Virus record (IMG/VR): IMGVR_UViG_3300031999_000113
Location: 1 to 34,153 of that record
Strand: one strand, 5' to 3'
Length of the DNA stretch: 34,153 nucleotides
Origin: a virus
Taxonomy: Duplodnaviria > Caudoviricetes
Shown here: piece after piece, positions 17,440 to 25,404 of the stretch
How the letters are laid out: the number at the start of each line of letters is the position of its first letter
Position numbering within the stretch: position 1 is the stretch's first letter
Notes under the pieces: model-generated
The model's input: only the letters and a program-made list of their open reading frames with translations
Databases searched by the model: none
Told to the model about the DNA's origin: nothing
Translations under genes and position numbers: made by a program

Positions 17440-17781
17440 ATGAAAAAATCAGGAATGATAGTCGAAATATTCAAGAACCCGATGTTTGCGCGGTGTTCCA
17501 AAGGTGGAATCAGTGAACGCTGCGACGAAGTCACGCTCCTGCCGAGCGCGGACTTCCCCGACATCCCCGAGTTATTTGAGCCGAACGAGAAGGCTCCTGC
17601 GGTGGTGATCGTGAAGCGTCACCTGTTCGGTGGACAGGAACCGTATCTTACGGCATATCCTGCGGATGCCGAGGGCAATCCCGACAGCGATATGCGTATG
17701 GCGGGCGGGGCGTATATCTCTTGCTCCGACAGTCGGTTCCCTGCGATATATCCCGTGCCGTTGCATGATAGAAAGGAATAA
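17440..17781 (+). CDS. Hypothetical phage protein
   Basis: RBS; C-terminal MAGGAYISCSDSRF...PVPLHDRKE. Confidence 0.75.
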   Translation: MKKSGMIVEIFKNPMFARCSKGGISERCDEVTLLPSADFPDIPELFEPNEKAPAVVIVKRHLFGGQEPYLTAYPADAEGNPDSDMRMAGGAYISCSDSRFPAIYPVPLHDRKE

Positions 17782-17790
17782 CTTCACTAT

Positions 17791-17842
17791 CTCTGGATTT
17801 TCCAGTTTGTGTTGCAATGTAGTGGTAGAAGGAGATCGAAAC
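17791..17842 (+). promoter_or_regulatory. Motif A promoter/RBS cassette
   Basis: CTCTGGATTT...TTGCAATGTAGTGGTAGAAGGAGATCGAAAC. Confidence 0.7.
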
Positions 17843-18265
17843 ATGAGAGATACATTAGTCGGTTCGGTTCTGCAAAACAAGGATGTGATCCAGTCGAAGT
17901 CTGGCACGCCCGAGGAATTGCGGATGTATGCGGCGGATGTTCACGGCCCGCTGGCACTGGTGAATGCTGCCGAAGATTTGCTGGCTGGCAAGCATGTGGC
18001 CTTTGCGATATGCTCGCGGGAGCCCGAGGGCACGGGAGCGCAGCCTACCGTAAAGGAACTCATCGAATTGGCGGTTCCGAACGGGCGCAAGTGCGTTCGG
18101 TTCTGTGGCATCAATGGGAATCCGGTGGGCGTGGGCTCTTTCACTGTTCACGGTTCGGGCTTGCTCAGTGAAGAGGCGAAGTATACGCCCAAAGACCTGC
18201 CGCTGATCGTGGCTGCTATAGCCTGTATGCTGGCGCGTAATCCTTGGTACTTCAGGGTGGAGTAA
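17843..18265 (+). CDS. Hypothetical protein
   Basis: ATG after the cassette RBS. Confidence 0.7.
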   Translation: MRDTLVGSVLQNKDVIQSKSGTPEELRMYAADVHGPLALVNAAEDLLAGKHVAFAICSREPEGTGAQPTVKELIELAVPNGRKCVRFCGINGNPVGVGSFTVHGSGLLSEEAKYTPKDLPLIVAAIACMLARNPWYFRVE

Positions 18266-18272
18266 TAATCGT

Positions 18273-18542
18273 ATGAAACGAGACTTCGATTACTACATTA
18301 AAGCGGTACGGGAAGCCGAAGAGCACTGCCAGAAGGGAACACTGGTGCGCGGTATCAACCAAGTTATCCGCTCGGTTCTGGAAACCCAGCGGAAAAGGGG
18401 CAAGACGCTGGATGAAATCGCGAACATACTGGACGAGATAGCGGGGCCGAAAAAATGGAGGTCGGTCCAAGTAGCGGGAACGAACAACCTGCGGGTGGCT
18501 GCGAAGCAGATTCGGGCTCGGGAGAAGCTTGTCCTGATTTGA
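18273..18542 (+). CDS. Hypothetical protein
   Basis: GGAG RBS; 89 aa. Confidence 0.65.
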   Translation: MKRDFDYYIKAVREAEEHCQKGTLVRGINQVIRSVLETQRKRGKTLDEIANILDEIAGPKKWRSVQVAGTNNLRVAAKQIRAREKLVLI

Positions 18543-18559
18543 CAATTTTTTGATATTTT
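18543..18559 (+). promoter_or_regulatory. Motif B (putative late promoter)
   Basis: CAATTTTTTGATATTTT. Confidence 0.65.
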
Positions 18560-18569
18560 GCTCAACGGT

Positions 18570-18878
18570 ATGAGACAAAAAACATCATCGCCTTATGTTA
18601 TGAATGTGGAATGCGGCATGCGCCGTCTGCCGCTAGACATGCGTATTGAAGACTACGGCTTGGGCATACTGCCAGAGAAATACGAACGGGAGCTGGAGGA
18701 ATACTTCGGCACGACAGATAAGAGAGTGATGCAACTGAAAGCTCTCAGGATGAAGCAGGTGCCGATCCTGTGTCCCAACAATGTGGTTGAACTGGTTGAC
18801 AAGGATACGGGCGATATGTTAAGAAAGGTTGCGAAAGAGCTGGTATCCGTGGCGAAAGCCGTGCTGGCCGAAAGGTAG
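18570..18878 (+). CDS. Hypothetical protein with C-terminal helix tag
   Basis: ATG 11 nt after motif B; ends VAKELVSVAKAVLAER. Confidence 0.65.
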   Translation: MRQKTSSPYVMNVECGMRRLPLDMRIEDYGLGILPEKYERELEEYFGTTDKRVMQLKALRMKQVPILCPNNVVELVDKDTGDMLRKVAKELVSVAKAVLAER

Positions 18879-18882
18879 GGGC

Positions 18883-18975
18883 ATGAGAAAGCTGCTCAGG
18901 AAAATAGCTGAATTTCTCAAAGCTCTCTGGGACAGTATAGGCGACACCGAGCCACCGCCAACCAAACCAGCATAG
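18883..18975 (+). CDS. Small hypothetical protein (30 aa)
   Basis: AAGGT RBS; fills the gap between genes. Confidence 0.35.
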   Translation: MRKLLRKIAEFLKALWDSIGDTEPPPTKPA

Positions 18976-19017
18976 TTTGCGTTCAAAAAACTGCCTATCG
19001 GCGTATAATGGAAACAA

Positions 19018-19419
19018 ATGGCAACCAAGGCACAAAGACTCAAAATGCAGAAGCGCAAGGCCCGTGCAAAGGCCATAAAGAAGGCGCACAATGTGAGACA
19101 GAACAATCTGCCTGTTCCTGCTGACAGATACTGGCTGGATGTGTTTTTCGATGGCAAATGGCACGCAGGGGTTATGACATTCGTGGACTGGGATGCCGTG
19201 CTGGCCCACAAAGCGGATACCGAGGCCCGCAGGACAAAGGGCGAGCACATCGTGGCGGGCAGGATTACCGATTTGCGTTCGGGTTCGGTTGCGATGGAAA
19301 TAGCGCAATCCGAGCCTAAGCCGATGAAGGGCGAGATGAAAGACGGGATGGCTCCTGCGGCAGCGGATAAAGCCGTGCCGGACAAGATGAGGGAAGCTAC
19401 CGATCTGGGTATCGGGTGA
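19018..19419 (+). CDS. Hypothetical protein (basic N-terminus)
   Basis: 133-aa ORF; TATAAT at 19004-19009 suggests a short-leader transcript. Confidence 0.65.
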   Translation: MATKAQRLKMQKRKARAKAIKKAHNVRQNNLPVPADRYWLDVFFDGKWHAGVMTFVDWDAVLAHKADTEARRTKGEHIVAGRITDLRSGSVAMEIAQSEPKPMKGEMKDGMAPAAADKAVPDKMREATDLGIG

Positions 19420-19610
19420 AAGAGGAGATTGAAACCAAGCGCATAGAGATGGAGGCTGGCTTGATGCCGTCATTCTGCCAGCGGTGCCGGGTTCCCTACG
19501 ATGTGAAATCGGGGCCGATCAATTCGATTTCGCACGGGCTTTGCCCAGAATGCTTTGAGACGGAAATGAATAGCGTAAAGTCGTCCCTGCCGAAACAGGG
19601 AGTGGATTGA
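19416..19610 (+). CDS. Small zinc-binding protein
   Basis: CQRC...ISHGLCPEC; GTGA overlap with the upstream gene. Confidence 0.6.
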   Translation: MKEEIETKRIEMEAGLMPSFCQRCRVPYDVKSGPINSISHGLCPECFETEMNSVKSSLPKQGVD

Positions 19611-19613
19611 AAC
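19580..19613 (+). repeat. Solitary type I-C CRISPR-like repeat unit
   Basis: GTCG-TCCCTG-CCGAAA-CAGGGA-GTGGATTGAAAC: GTCG start, 6-bp hairpin, canonical I-C 3' end. Confidence 0.45.
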
Positions 19614-19645
19614 GGTATCGGGTGAAAATTGCTCTTTGAAAATAC

Positions 19646-19991
19646 GGGCACGACTAGATTCGATCATCGGGATTGGAGTTGTAGCTGCATGCCGTGGATG
19701 ACGGTTGGCCACGCTAATCACTCCGTCAAAATAAGTAAGTGCGAACACTTACCAAATGGCTGCTTAGGCAGTCTAGGAAATCGGGGAGATAGCCCAGCAG
19801 TACCCGAGAGTACGACTAATACTTGGGTGTAGGCTACCTACTGGCGTGGCGGTGTGTGTCGGAATCACCTAAAACTTCCGTCTGGTGGAGGGTGTAGAAA
19901 TACGCCCCTAGTTGCCAGACTTAAACTGGCTACGCATGTAGACGCTGCGGTGACAACTGATGAGACGGGGGTGCGAATCCCCCCGTGTCCA
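19646..19991 (+). ncRNA. ssrA: tmRNA, tag peptide (A)ANTYQMAA
   Basis: Acceptor stem GGGCACG/CGTGTCC with a G3.U pair and discriminator A. 5' GACTAGATTCGA. pk1 CGTGG/CCACG + TGACGG/CCGTCA. Tag ORF 19741-19767 ends ..MAA*. T-arm GGGGG-TGCGAAT-CCCCC. CCA not encoded. Confidence 0.9.
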
Positions 19992-20028
19992 ATTAACGTC
20001 TTTGGTTCTAATGAGTTATGATTTATAG

Positions 20029-20099
20029 TGCGCGGTAGCAGGAAGGCCCTGCGGCTGGCTCATAACCAGCAGAAGATGGTTCGATTCCATCCTGCGCAA
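20029..20099 (+). tRNA. tRNA-Met (CAT)
   Basis: Acceptor TGCGCGG/CTGCGCA, D-stem GCAG/CTGC, anticodon arm GCTGG-CTCATAA-CCAGC, T-arm GATGG-TTCGATT-CCATC. Confidence 0.85.
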
Positions 20100-20122
20100 C
20101 CCTTCACAAATACCTTCAATAA

Positions 20123-20174
20123 CTCTGGATTTCCGCGCTCCTCCTGCAATGTTGTAGTGAAGGAGATCGAAACT
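20123..20174 (+). promoter_or_regulatory. Motif A promoter/RBS cassette
   Basis: CTCTGGATTT...CTGCAATGTTGTAGTGAAGGAGATCGAAAC. Confidence 0.7.
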
Positions 20175-20633
20175 ATGAAAAGCTCGGTCAAGTATGTGGC
20201 CCTGAACAGGGCCGAAGGCCCGATCCGCGAGTGTAAAGCCATTGTTTACTACGTCGGCGACAAGCCGCAGGTGAATGGCGATCACTATGTCGGTGCCGAA
20301 TACGTGCAAGTTCGGGATATCTTTGGTGCGGTGATTCACCAGTTTTCCAACTGGGGTATCTCAGCTCCCGAGCGTGGCTACGACAAGTGTGACTTCCTCG
20401 TGGGCTGGGAGAATGGCAAGGATTACGAGGGCCGGTTTGACATACAGAAGGGTGGCGTGGATGGCCACGAAAGCTTCTGGGCGTCTCTCAAGAGCAGACT
20501 GGAGTTCTACAGCCTTCGGCGCAGGCCCGCTCACTTCAAGGATGCTACTTGGCAACATCTTTGTAAACAGAATCGCGAAAACGGATGGGACAAAGAGTGT
20601 GCTGAATTCCTAGACGAATGTGCTCTTATCTGA
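20175..20633 (+). CDS. Hypothetical protein, possibly LPD25-like domain
   Basis: GYDKCDF...YEGRFDI pattern; cassette RBS. Confidence 0.6.
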   Translation: MKSSVKYVALNRAEGPIRECKAIVYYVGDKPQVNGDHYVGAEYVQVRDIFGAVIHQFSNWGISAPERGYDKCDFLVGWENGKDYEGRFDIQKGGVDGHESFWASLKSRLEFYSLRRRPAHFKDATWQHLCKQNRENGWDKECAEFLDECALI

Positions 20634-20680
20634 TTCGGTAACTTGTTGACTCATCCCTTGGAATATGTTTAACTTGTCTC

Positions 20681-20800
20681 AGTTTCACATAAAGGCAGGT
20701 TATCAGATGACAAGAAAACACAGCACAGATGGAAAGAACCGCGAGGTCTTTCAACCCTTCGCTTAACCTGCGAATGTGTGAAACTCATCTGTGCTCTTTT
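20681..20800 (+). ncRNA. Candidate structured ncRNA
   Basis: TTGACT-18 nt-TAACTT promoter upstream; four helices including a GCGA tetraloop; T-rich end. Confidence 0.45.
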
Positions 20801-20846
20801 GCTTTTGGATATAGAGAATGAAAATCATCGTCGGCCTTTTCTTTTT

Positions 20847-20865
20847 CATTATTTTTTGATATTTT
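20847..20865 (+). promoter_or_regulatory. Motif B (putative late promoter)
   Basis: CATTATTTTTTGATATTTT. Confidence 0.65.
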
Positions 20866-20910
20866 GCTCTTATGGTGAGCAGGAATGAATCCCCAAAAAG
20901 GAGAAATATC

Positions 20911-21150
20911 ATGGCGTATAGAAAAGATGTAACCGACAAACAATGGGTTGATGTTGAAACGGCGAATGACAAGGGCGGTATCCCGGTTGACATGAATTCG
21001 GTACAGCGCGTGATCGGCAAGGCCGTTGATACAACGCCTTACAGGACGGCACATGCTGCTGCCAGTCAGGTAAGCAACGCTGGCGTGGTTATGCCGTGGA
21101 GCGACAGGCCCGACAAGTTCTTCGAGAATTTCCAAGGCCGCAGGACATAG
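20911..21150 (+). CDS. Hypothetical protein
   Basis: AAGGAG RBS; ATG 20911. Confidence 0.7.
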   Translation: MAYRKDVTDKQWVDVETANDKGGIPVDMNSVQRVIGKAVDTTPYRTAHAAASQVSNAGVVMPWSDRPDKFFENFQGRRT

Positions 21151-21169
21151 CACCGAGCGGAGCCAAGGC

Positions 21170-21583
21170 ATGAAGAATATTGCTGCTGGAATCGTCAGCA
21201 TTGCCAGAGAGCTGATGGCGGAAGACGAGTTTACCGTACCGAAGCCGATTAGGCTCAAATCCGAAGGTTCCACGATGAACGCTCTGGCAAATGCGCGGAT
21301 GATCGCTGATGCGGGATATGGATTCGCGCACGGCACGGTTCACTTCGATGAAGACTATGGCGGCATACAATCAACCGACGTGTTCTTCAGAAGGGGCGAC
21401 GAAATAACATCCCACACATTCGTTGGCCTAAACATTGGCTACAGCGGGGAAGGCCCACGCGGTATGGCCGAGTTCAGTAAGATATTCGGCATAGGACTGG
21501 ATTCAAACAAGATTCTCAGTCACGATTATCGGGCATCCTTGCAGAAGAAAGGGGCATTCGACTTGGTGCAACTTCTGGGCTGA
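21170..21583 (+). CDS. Hypothetical protein with N-terminal helix tag
   Basis: MKNIAAGIVSIARELMA; GLNIGYSGEGPRG motif. Confidence 0.7.
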   Translation: MKNIAAGIVSIARELMAEDEFTVPKPIRLKSEGSTMNALANARMIADAGYGFAHGTVHFDEDYGGIQSTDVFFRRGDEITSHTFVGLNIGYSGEGPRGMAEFSKIFGIGLDSNKILSHDYRASLQKKGAFDLVQLLG

Positions 21584-21595
21584 AAAATGCCGTTT

Positions 21596-21614
21596 CATAA
21601 TTTTTTGATATTTT
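21596..21614 (+). promoter_or_regulatory. Motif B (putative late promoter)
   Basis: CATAATTTTTTGATATTTT. Confidence 0.7.
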
Positions 21615-21731
21615 CCTCTTGGGTGGACAAGCCTATTGCGCAAAAGGCTGGCGGTGACGGCAAACGCTGGATGCCGCTGAGGGTATCGTTGATGACCCTT
21701 TAAGCGCAAAAAAACGAAAGGTAGGTGGAAT

Positions 21732-22160
21732 ATGGGTTGGGATACAGGGCCAAGTTGGCAATATTCACGATGGATGAAGAACTATGCCCGTAATGCTCGC
21801 ATTACGGAGCCGACGGATGTGCTCCCTTACGCGGGCGAGCTGACGCGAATCAGGACTTTCCTGAAGGGAATCTACAATCCTATGACTTTGACAGGAACGA
21901 GGCCGTGGTTGAAGGATGTGTTCCAGCGAAAGGCCGTGCAGGTTCCGACGGATGTGGATTACCAGTGCGACATTGACCAGCAACCAGCGCATGTGCTGGT
22001 TGTGATGCTGGAGATTGTTGGACGGGACTTCAAGAAGATTCCCATTACGGTTGCCGAACAGATGGCGGCGGGCACGGTGTTTACATTTGCTCCTGCGCGA
22101 GTGTTCGGCTCGAAATACACCTACGGAAACGTGGGTGGCTCAATTGTTGGTGTTCCGTAA
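21732..22160 (+). CDS. Hypothetical (probably virion) protein
   Basis: AGGTGG RBS; 142 aa. Confidence 0.7.
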   Translation: MGWDTGPSWQYSRWMKNYARNARITEPTDVLPYAGELTRIRTFLKGIYNPMTLTGTRPWLKDVFQRKAVQVPTDVDYQCDIDQQPAHVLVVMLEIVGRDFKKIPITVAEQMAAGTVFTFAPARVFGSKYTYGNVGGSIVGVP

Positions 22161-22242
22161 TCCGTGGATTGAAACAGTTAGGGCGCGGCTCCTTGGCTTT
22201 CAAGGGGGCTCTTTGTAGCCAAGGAGCCCTTGGAGTGAAAAT

Positions 22243-22521
22243 ATGAAACAGGAAGAAATGATTGCACGAGAGTTGATCCATGTCGCCAAGATGCTGATTG
22301 AGGCCGACGAGAAAACTGCTTTCACCCACAAGATAATGGAGATGCTCCGCATCCTGAAGGCAGAGGGAATCAAGATTCGGACAGTTACCGAAGAGCCGGT
22401 TGCCGCTATCATTGAATTTATCAACAGGGATAACGCTTGGTTCGGAATCAACATCCTGAAAGAAGAAGGCTTCTCGGTTGAGATTGCTGGGCCAACAAGC
22501 ATTTCAGTGGCGACTCTATGA
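22243..22521 (+). CDS. Hypothetical protein with N-terminal helix tag
   Basis: GGAG RBS; IARELIHVAKMLI. Confidence 0.7.
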   Translation: MKQEEMIARELIHVAKMLIEADEKTAFTHKIMEMLRILKAEGIKIRTVTEEPVAAIIEFINRDNAWFGINILKEEGFSVEIAGPTSISVATL

Positions 22522-23063
22522 GTGATTTTGTAAACAGGCTGGCCAGTATTTCCCGAAAGATCGTTGCTGGTGGCGGTGCGGGCATCAACTTTGAAAATGT
22601 GCGGATTGACAGGGCGTCTGTCGGTTTCAAGGTGGAGAAGGTAGGCGGTCAATGGCAAGTAAAGAAGGCGGGCGGTTTGCCCGATGTGGAATCGTTTGAC
22701 GCACTGGGCTACATGGACGGCAAGCGCAACAACAGCGGAAATTTGTTCAAGGTTTCGAGCTTCGATTTCGATATTCGGGATATTGCGAAGAATGTTGGAC
22801 AGGTATTGTCTCGTTTCCCCGAGGAAGAAGGCCCGCTGACAATCAGCCTTGAGACATATAAGATATATCCCGCGATGGTTTTTGGCGGCTATGTTCGGGG
22901 CGAAATCAAGAAGGGCTTTGTTATAGATTTTGAAGGCACTGCTGAACTGTATCTTGACGGATATGGCCCGTTGGGCTCCGAGGTTGTGGGATATAGATTT
23001 GACATGCGGCTGGAGGCCACGAAGGAGGCCGAAGGTTGGTACGAGAAGATTTTCAAAGCATGA
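22518..23063 (+). CDS. Hypothetical protein with N-terminal helix tag
   Basis: ATGA overlap; VNRLASISRKIVA. Confidence 0.7.
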   Translation: MSDFVNRLASISRKIVAGGGAGINFENVRIDRASVGFKVEKVGGQWQVKKAGGLPDVESFDALGYMDGKRNNSGNLFKVSSFDFDIRDIAKNVGQVLSRFPEEEGPLTISLETYKIYPAMVFGGYVRGEIKKGFVIDFEGTAELYLDGYGPLGSEVVGYRFDMRLEATKEAEGWYEKIFKA

Positions 23064-23157
23064 ATGGTTTACCGATAGGCGAGTGCCTGTCGGGTAAGTA
23101 AGCCGATGCTCCAAAGAGCATCGGGAAATATCTAACACATATGATAGGAGGCACAGT

Positions 23158-24030
23158 ATGAACGACAAGTTCATTCTGACAGTAAGAGAGCTACACCTTG
23201 GCAACATCAAGGAAACATTCCGAGCGGGCGCAGTTATAGAACACGATGCTGTCAACAACAGGCTTATCGTTGACGGCAGGAAGTTTGACGACACACGCGA
23301 TCTGGATATCCTGAAGCGTCAGGCCCAGAAAAATCCGAAAAGTGCATGGATAATTCCTTTCTCGCAGGAGGCGCGGGACGAGATTCTTGGTATGCAGCCC
23401 AAGCCTCAGTCAAAGAAGCCAGCTCCCGGCGAGGGAATGCAGGTGATCCAGTCGGACGAAGACCTGACTGATCCTATTGACATATCGGACACTCAGATTT
23501 CCAAACGGAAGCAGGAAGCCAAGGAGGCGCAACAGAAAAAGGTCAAGTCGGAGAAAATGGAAATCATCAGGGGAGATGAAACCGTCGAAGAGCGGATTGC
23601 AGCCCTGAAGGGCAAGAATGACATCAGCTCTATCGCAGAGCGTGCCCGCCTCAAGGCAGTAGGCCCAGCCAGCATGGAAATAGTGAAGGATGACAGTTCG
23701 GGTCAGGGAGTCGGCAAAAGCCAAGTGTCGCTTAATATTGGGCAGGTTTTGCCATCGCCCGCAACGGTAGCGGAGAAGTCGGAGGAAGCCAGAGCGGCAG
23801 CCGAAGCTCGGAAAAAAGAAGTCGAGAGAAATCGCAAAGCGGCGGAAGTGGAAGAGCCTGCCGTGGGAACGGCAATCGAGATGGACAACAACGACACTGA
23901 TGCCGACAAGGATTCCCAGATTGTGGCCCTGAAAGCCAAGATAGCCGCGTTGGAAGCCAAGAATAAGCCCGCTGTGGTTCGTAGTCCAATAACAACAGCT
24001 CCCGTCAGAAAAGTGACGAGGAAGGTGTGA
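23158..24030 (+). CDS. Hypothetical protein (charged, coiled-coil C-terminus)
   Basis: AGGAGG RBS; 290 aa. Confidence 0.75.
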   Translation: MNDKFILTVRELHLGNIKETFRAGAVIEHDAVNNRLIVDGRKFDDTRDLDILKRQAQKNPKSAWIIPFSQEARDEILGMQPKPQSKKPAPGEGMQVIQSDEDLTDPIDISDTQISKRKQEAKEAQQKKVKSEKMEIIRGDETVEERIAALKGKNDISSIAERARLKAVGPASMEIVKDDSSGQGVGKSQVSLNIGQVLPSPATVAEKSEEARAAAEARKKEVERNRKAAEVEEPAVGTAIEMDNNDTDADKDSQIVALKAKIAALEAKNKPAVVRSPITTAPVRKVTRKV

Positions 24031-24031
24031 T

Positions 24032-24322
24032 ATGCAGTTTGGCTATGAGTGCCAGAAATGTCAGAAGCGGTTCGACGGTGATTTTCCAATAGGGAAGGCC
24101 CCAAGAATCGCTCCGTGTCCGCATTGCGGCGGGCAAGGCAGGCGGGTCTACGAAGGCATGAGCATTTCCGTCAAGGTTGACGGACATTTTGCGCGGTCGT
24201 CAACCTTTGGAGAAGAGATGCTTAAAAAGAACCGACAAGCCGCAGAGAGGCAAAAGGGGAGGAAGGCTCCCGTGAGACTTGCTGGGTATGACTTCGGCGG
24301 GGGAAAGGTGGTAGAGGCGTGA
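24032..24322 (+). CDS. FmdB-family zinc-ribbon protein
   Basis: YECQKCQKRF...CPHCGG...RRVY. Confidence 0.7.
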   Translation: MQFGYECQKCQKRFDGDFPIGKAPRIAPCPHCGGQGRRVYEGMSISVKVDGHFARSSTFGEEMLKKNRQAAERQKGRKAPVRLAGYDFGGGKVVEA

Positions 24323-25047
24323 GGAAATGCCGCGATCTCACTGGCGACCGCTATGGAATGCTAACAGTGCTCGGCTTCCATAGTGACGCAAAGGGTTACA
24401 AGAAATGGCTCTGTCTGTGCGATTGTGGCAAGGAGTGCATCAAGTATGGCCATCAGATACGGGCTGGAACGGTGGTTTCGTGCGGGTGTTATCACCGGAA
24501 GCAGGCGAGCGAACTCGGGAAAAAAAGAGTACACGATTTGACGGGAAGAGTATTTGGACGGCTGGTTGTATTAAGCCGTGCTGGTAGCAACAGGTTTCAA
24601 AAACCCACTTGGCTTTGTCGATGTGGCTGCGGGAAAGAAAAGATACTTGTGGGAAACTCATTATTGACGGGTAATTCCCAATCGTGTGGTTGTATCCAAA
24701 AAGAAACAATGCGCAAGATTCGCTGGAATCTGAATCTGACAGCAGAGGAGAGGGCGACCAGCAGGAATCGTGAAATGGCGATCTCTGGGCTTCATTTGTG
24801 GAGAGAGGATGTTTTCAAGCGGGACGGGTATGGGTGTGTGGTGTGCGGAAACCATAAAAGCGGTGTTTTAGTGGCTCATCATAAGGAGTCGTGGAATAGG
24901 AACAAGGATTTGAGATTGAATGTCAACAACGGTGACACCGTTTGCACTGAATGTCATAAGGAATTTCATTCACGATATGGTTACGGCGATAACACAAAAG
25001 CGCAGTGGGAAGAATTCATTACTACAAGGAAGAGGAAAACGGCATGA
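24319..25047 (+). CDS. HNH homing endonuclease with two DLTG..WLCxCxCG repeats
   Basis: VFKRDGYGCVVCG...AHHKESW...NNGDTVCTECHKEFH. Confidence 0.8.
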   Translation: MRKCRDLTGDRYGMLTVLGFHSDAKGYKKWLCLCDCGKECIKYGHQIRAGTVVSCGCYHRKQASELGKKRVHDLTGRVFGRLVVLSRAGSNRFQKPTWLCRCGCGKEKILVGNSLLTGNSQSCGCIQKETMRKIRWNLNLTAEERATSRNREMAISGLHLWREDVFKRDGYGCVVCGNHKSGVLVAHHKESWNRNKDLRLNVNNGDTVCTECHKEFHSRYGYGDNTKAQWEEFITTRKRKTA

Positions 25048-25331
25048 ACGAGCAGCAGGCGAGTCAATTGCCGGGGGATGTGGAAAAGATAACCACATAT
25101 CGGAGTAGCGACATATATTTTTGTTCGTACCTAGCTTCGCTCGACATTCCCCTGCTGACGACGGAAACAGAGAAGGCCCCCGATGGCGGCAAGAAGGTGG
25201 TATTCTTGTTCCGCATCAAGGAATCCGATCTGCAACGGCTGAAGTCGTCTTTCTTCGGCGGCACTGGAACGGTGAAGGCTCGCCGCTTTGTGGATAACAT
25301 CCGTAGTTTGAAGAGCATGACGCACACTTGA
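25044..25331 (+). CDS. DUF5659-like protein
   Basis: YRSSDIYFCSYL...KVVFLF pattern; ATGA overlap. Confidence 0.6.
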   Translation: MNEQQASQLPGDVEKITTYRSSDIYFCSYLASLDIPLLTTETEKAPDGGKKVVFLFRIKESDLQRLKSSFFGGTGTVKARRFVDNIRSLKSMTHT

Positions 25332-25339
25332 ATCTTTGG

Positions 25340-25400
25340 AGCGCGGTGCCTGCCAGTCGATCCCTTTGCACATACCTGCGGCACTGCGCTCTTTCTTTCT
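25340..25400 (+). terminator. Possible terminator hairpin
   Basis: GAGCGCGGTGCC...GGCACTGCGCTC followed by TTTCTTTCT; the loop is long. Confidence 0.45.
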
Positions 25401-25404
25401 ACTG

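Noticed and set aside
19629-19832. 67-aa ORF
   Set aside because: Lies within the tmRNA
10875-20174. Motif A as a sigma54 promoter (CTGG...TTGC)
   Set aside because: GG and GC are about 17 nt apart rather than the obligatory 10
10875-20174. Motif A copies, several ending ATTGAAAC, as a CRISPR array or integron attC sites
   Set aside because: Copies are separated by whole genes, lack palindromes and contain an RBS; no cas gene or integrase is in the window
20700-20790. Hammerhead ribozyme (CAGATGA...GAAAC) or a short peptide ORF starting at 20708
   Set aside because: The core reads CAGAUGA, not CUGANGA, and the helices do not match hammerhead topology; the ORF is very short with a weak RBS
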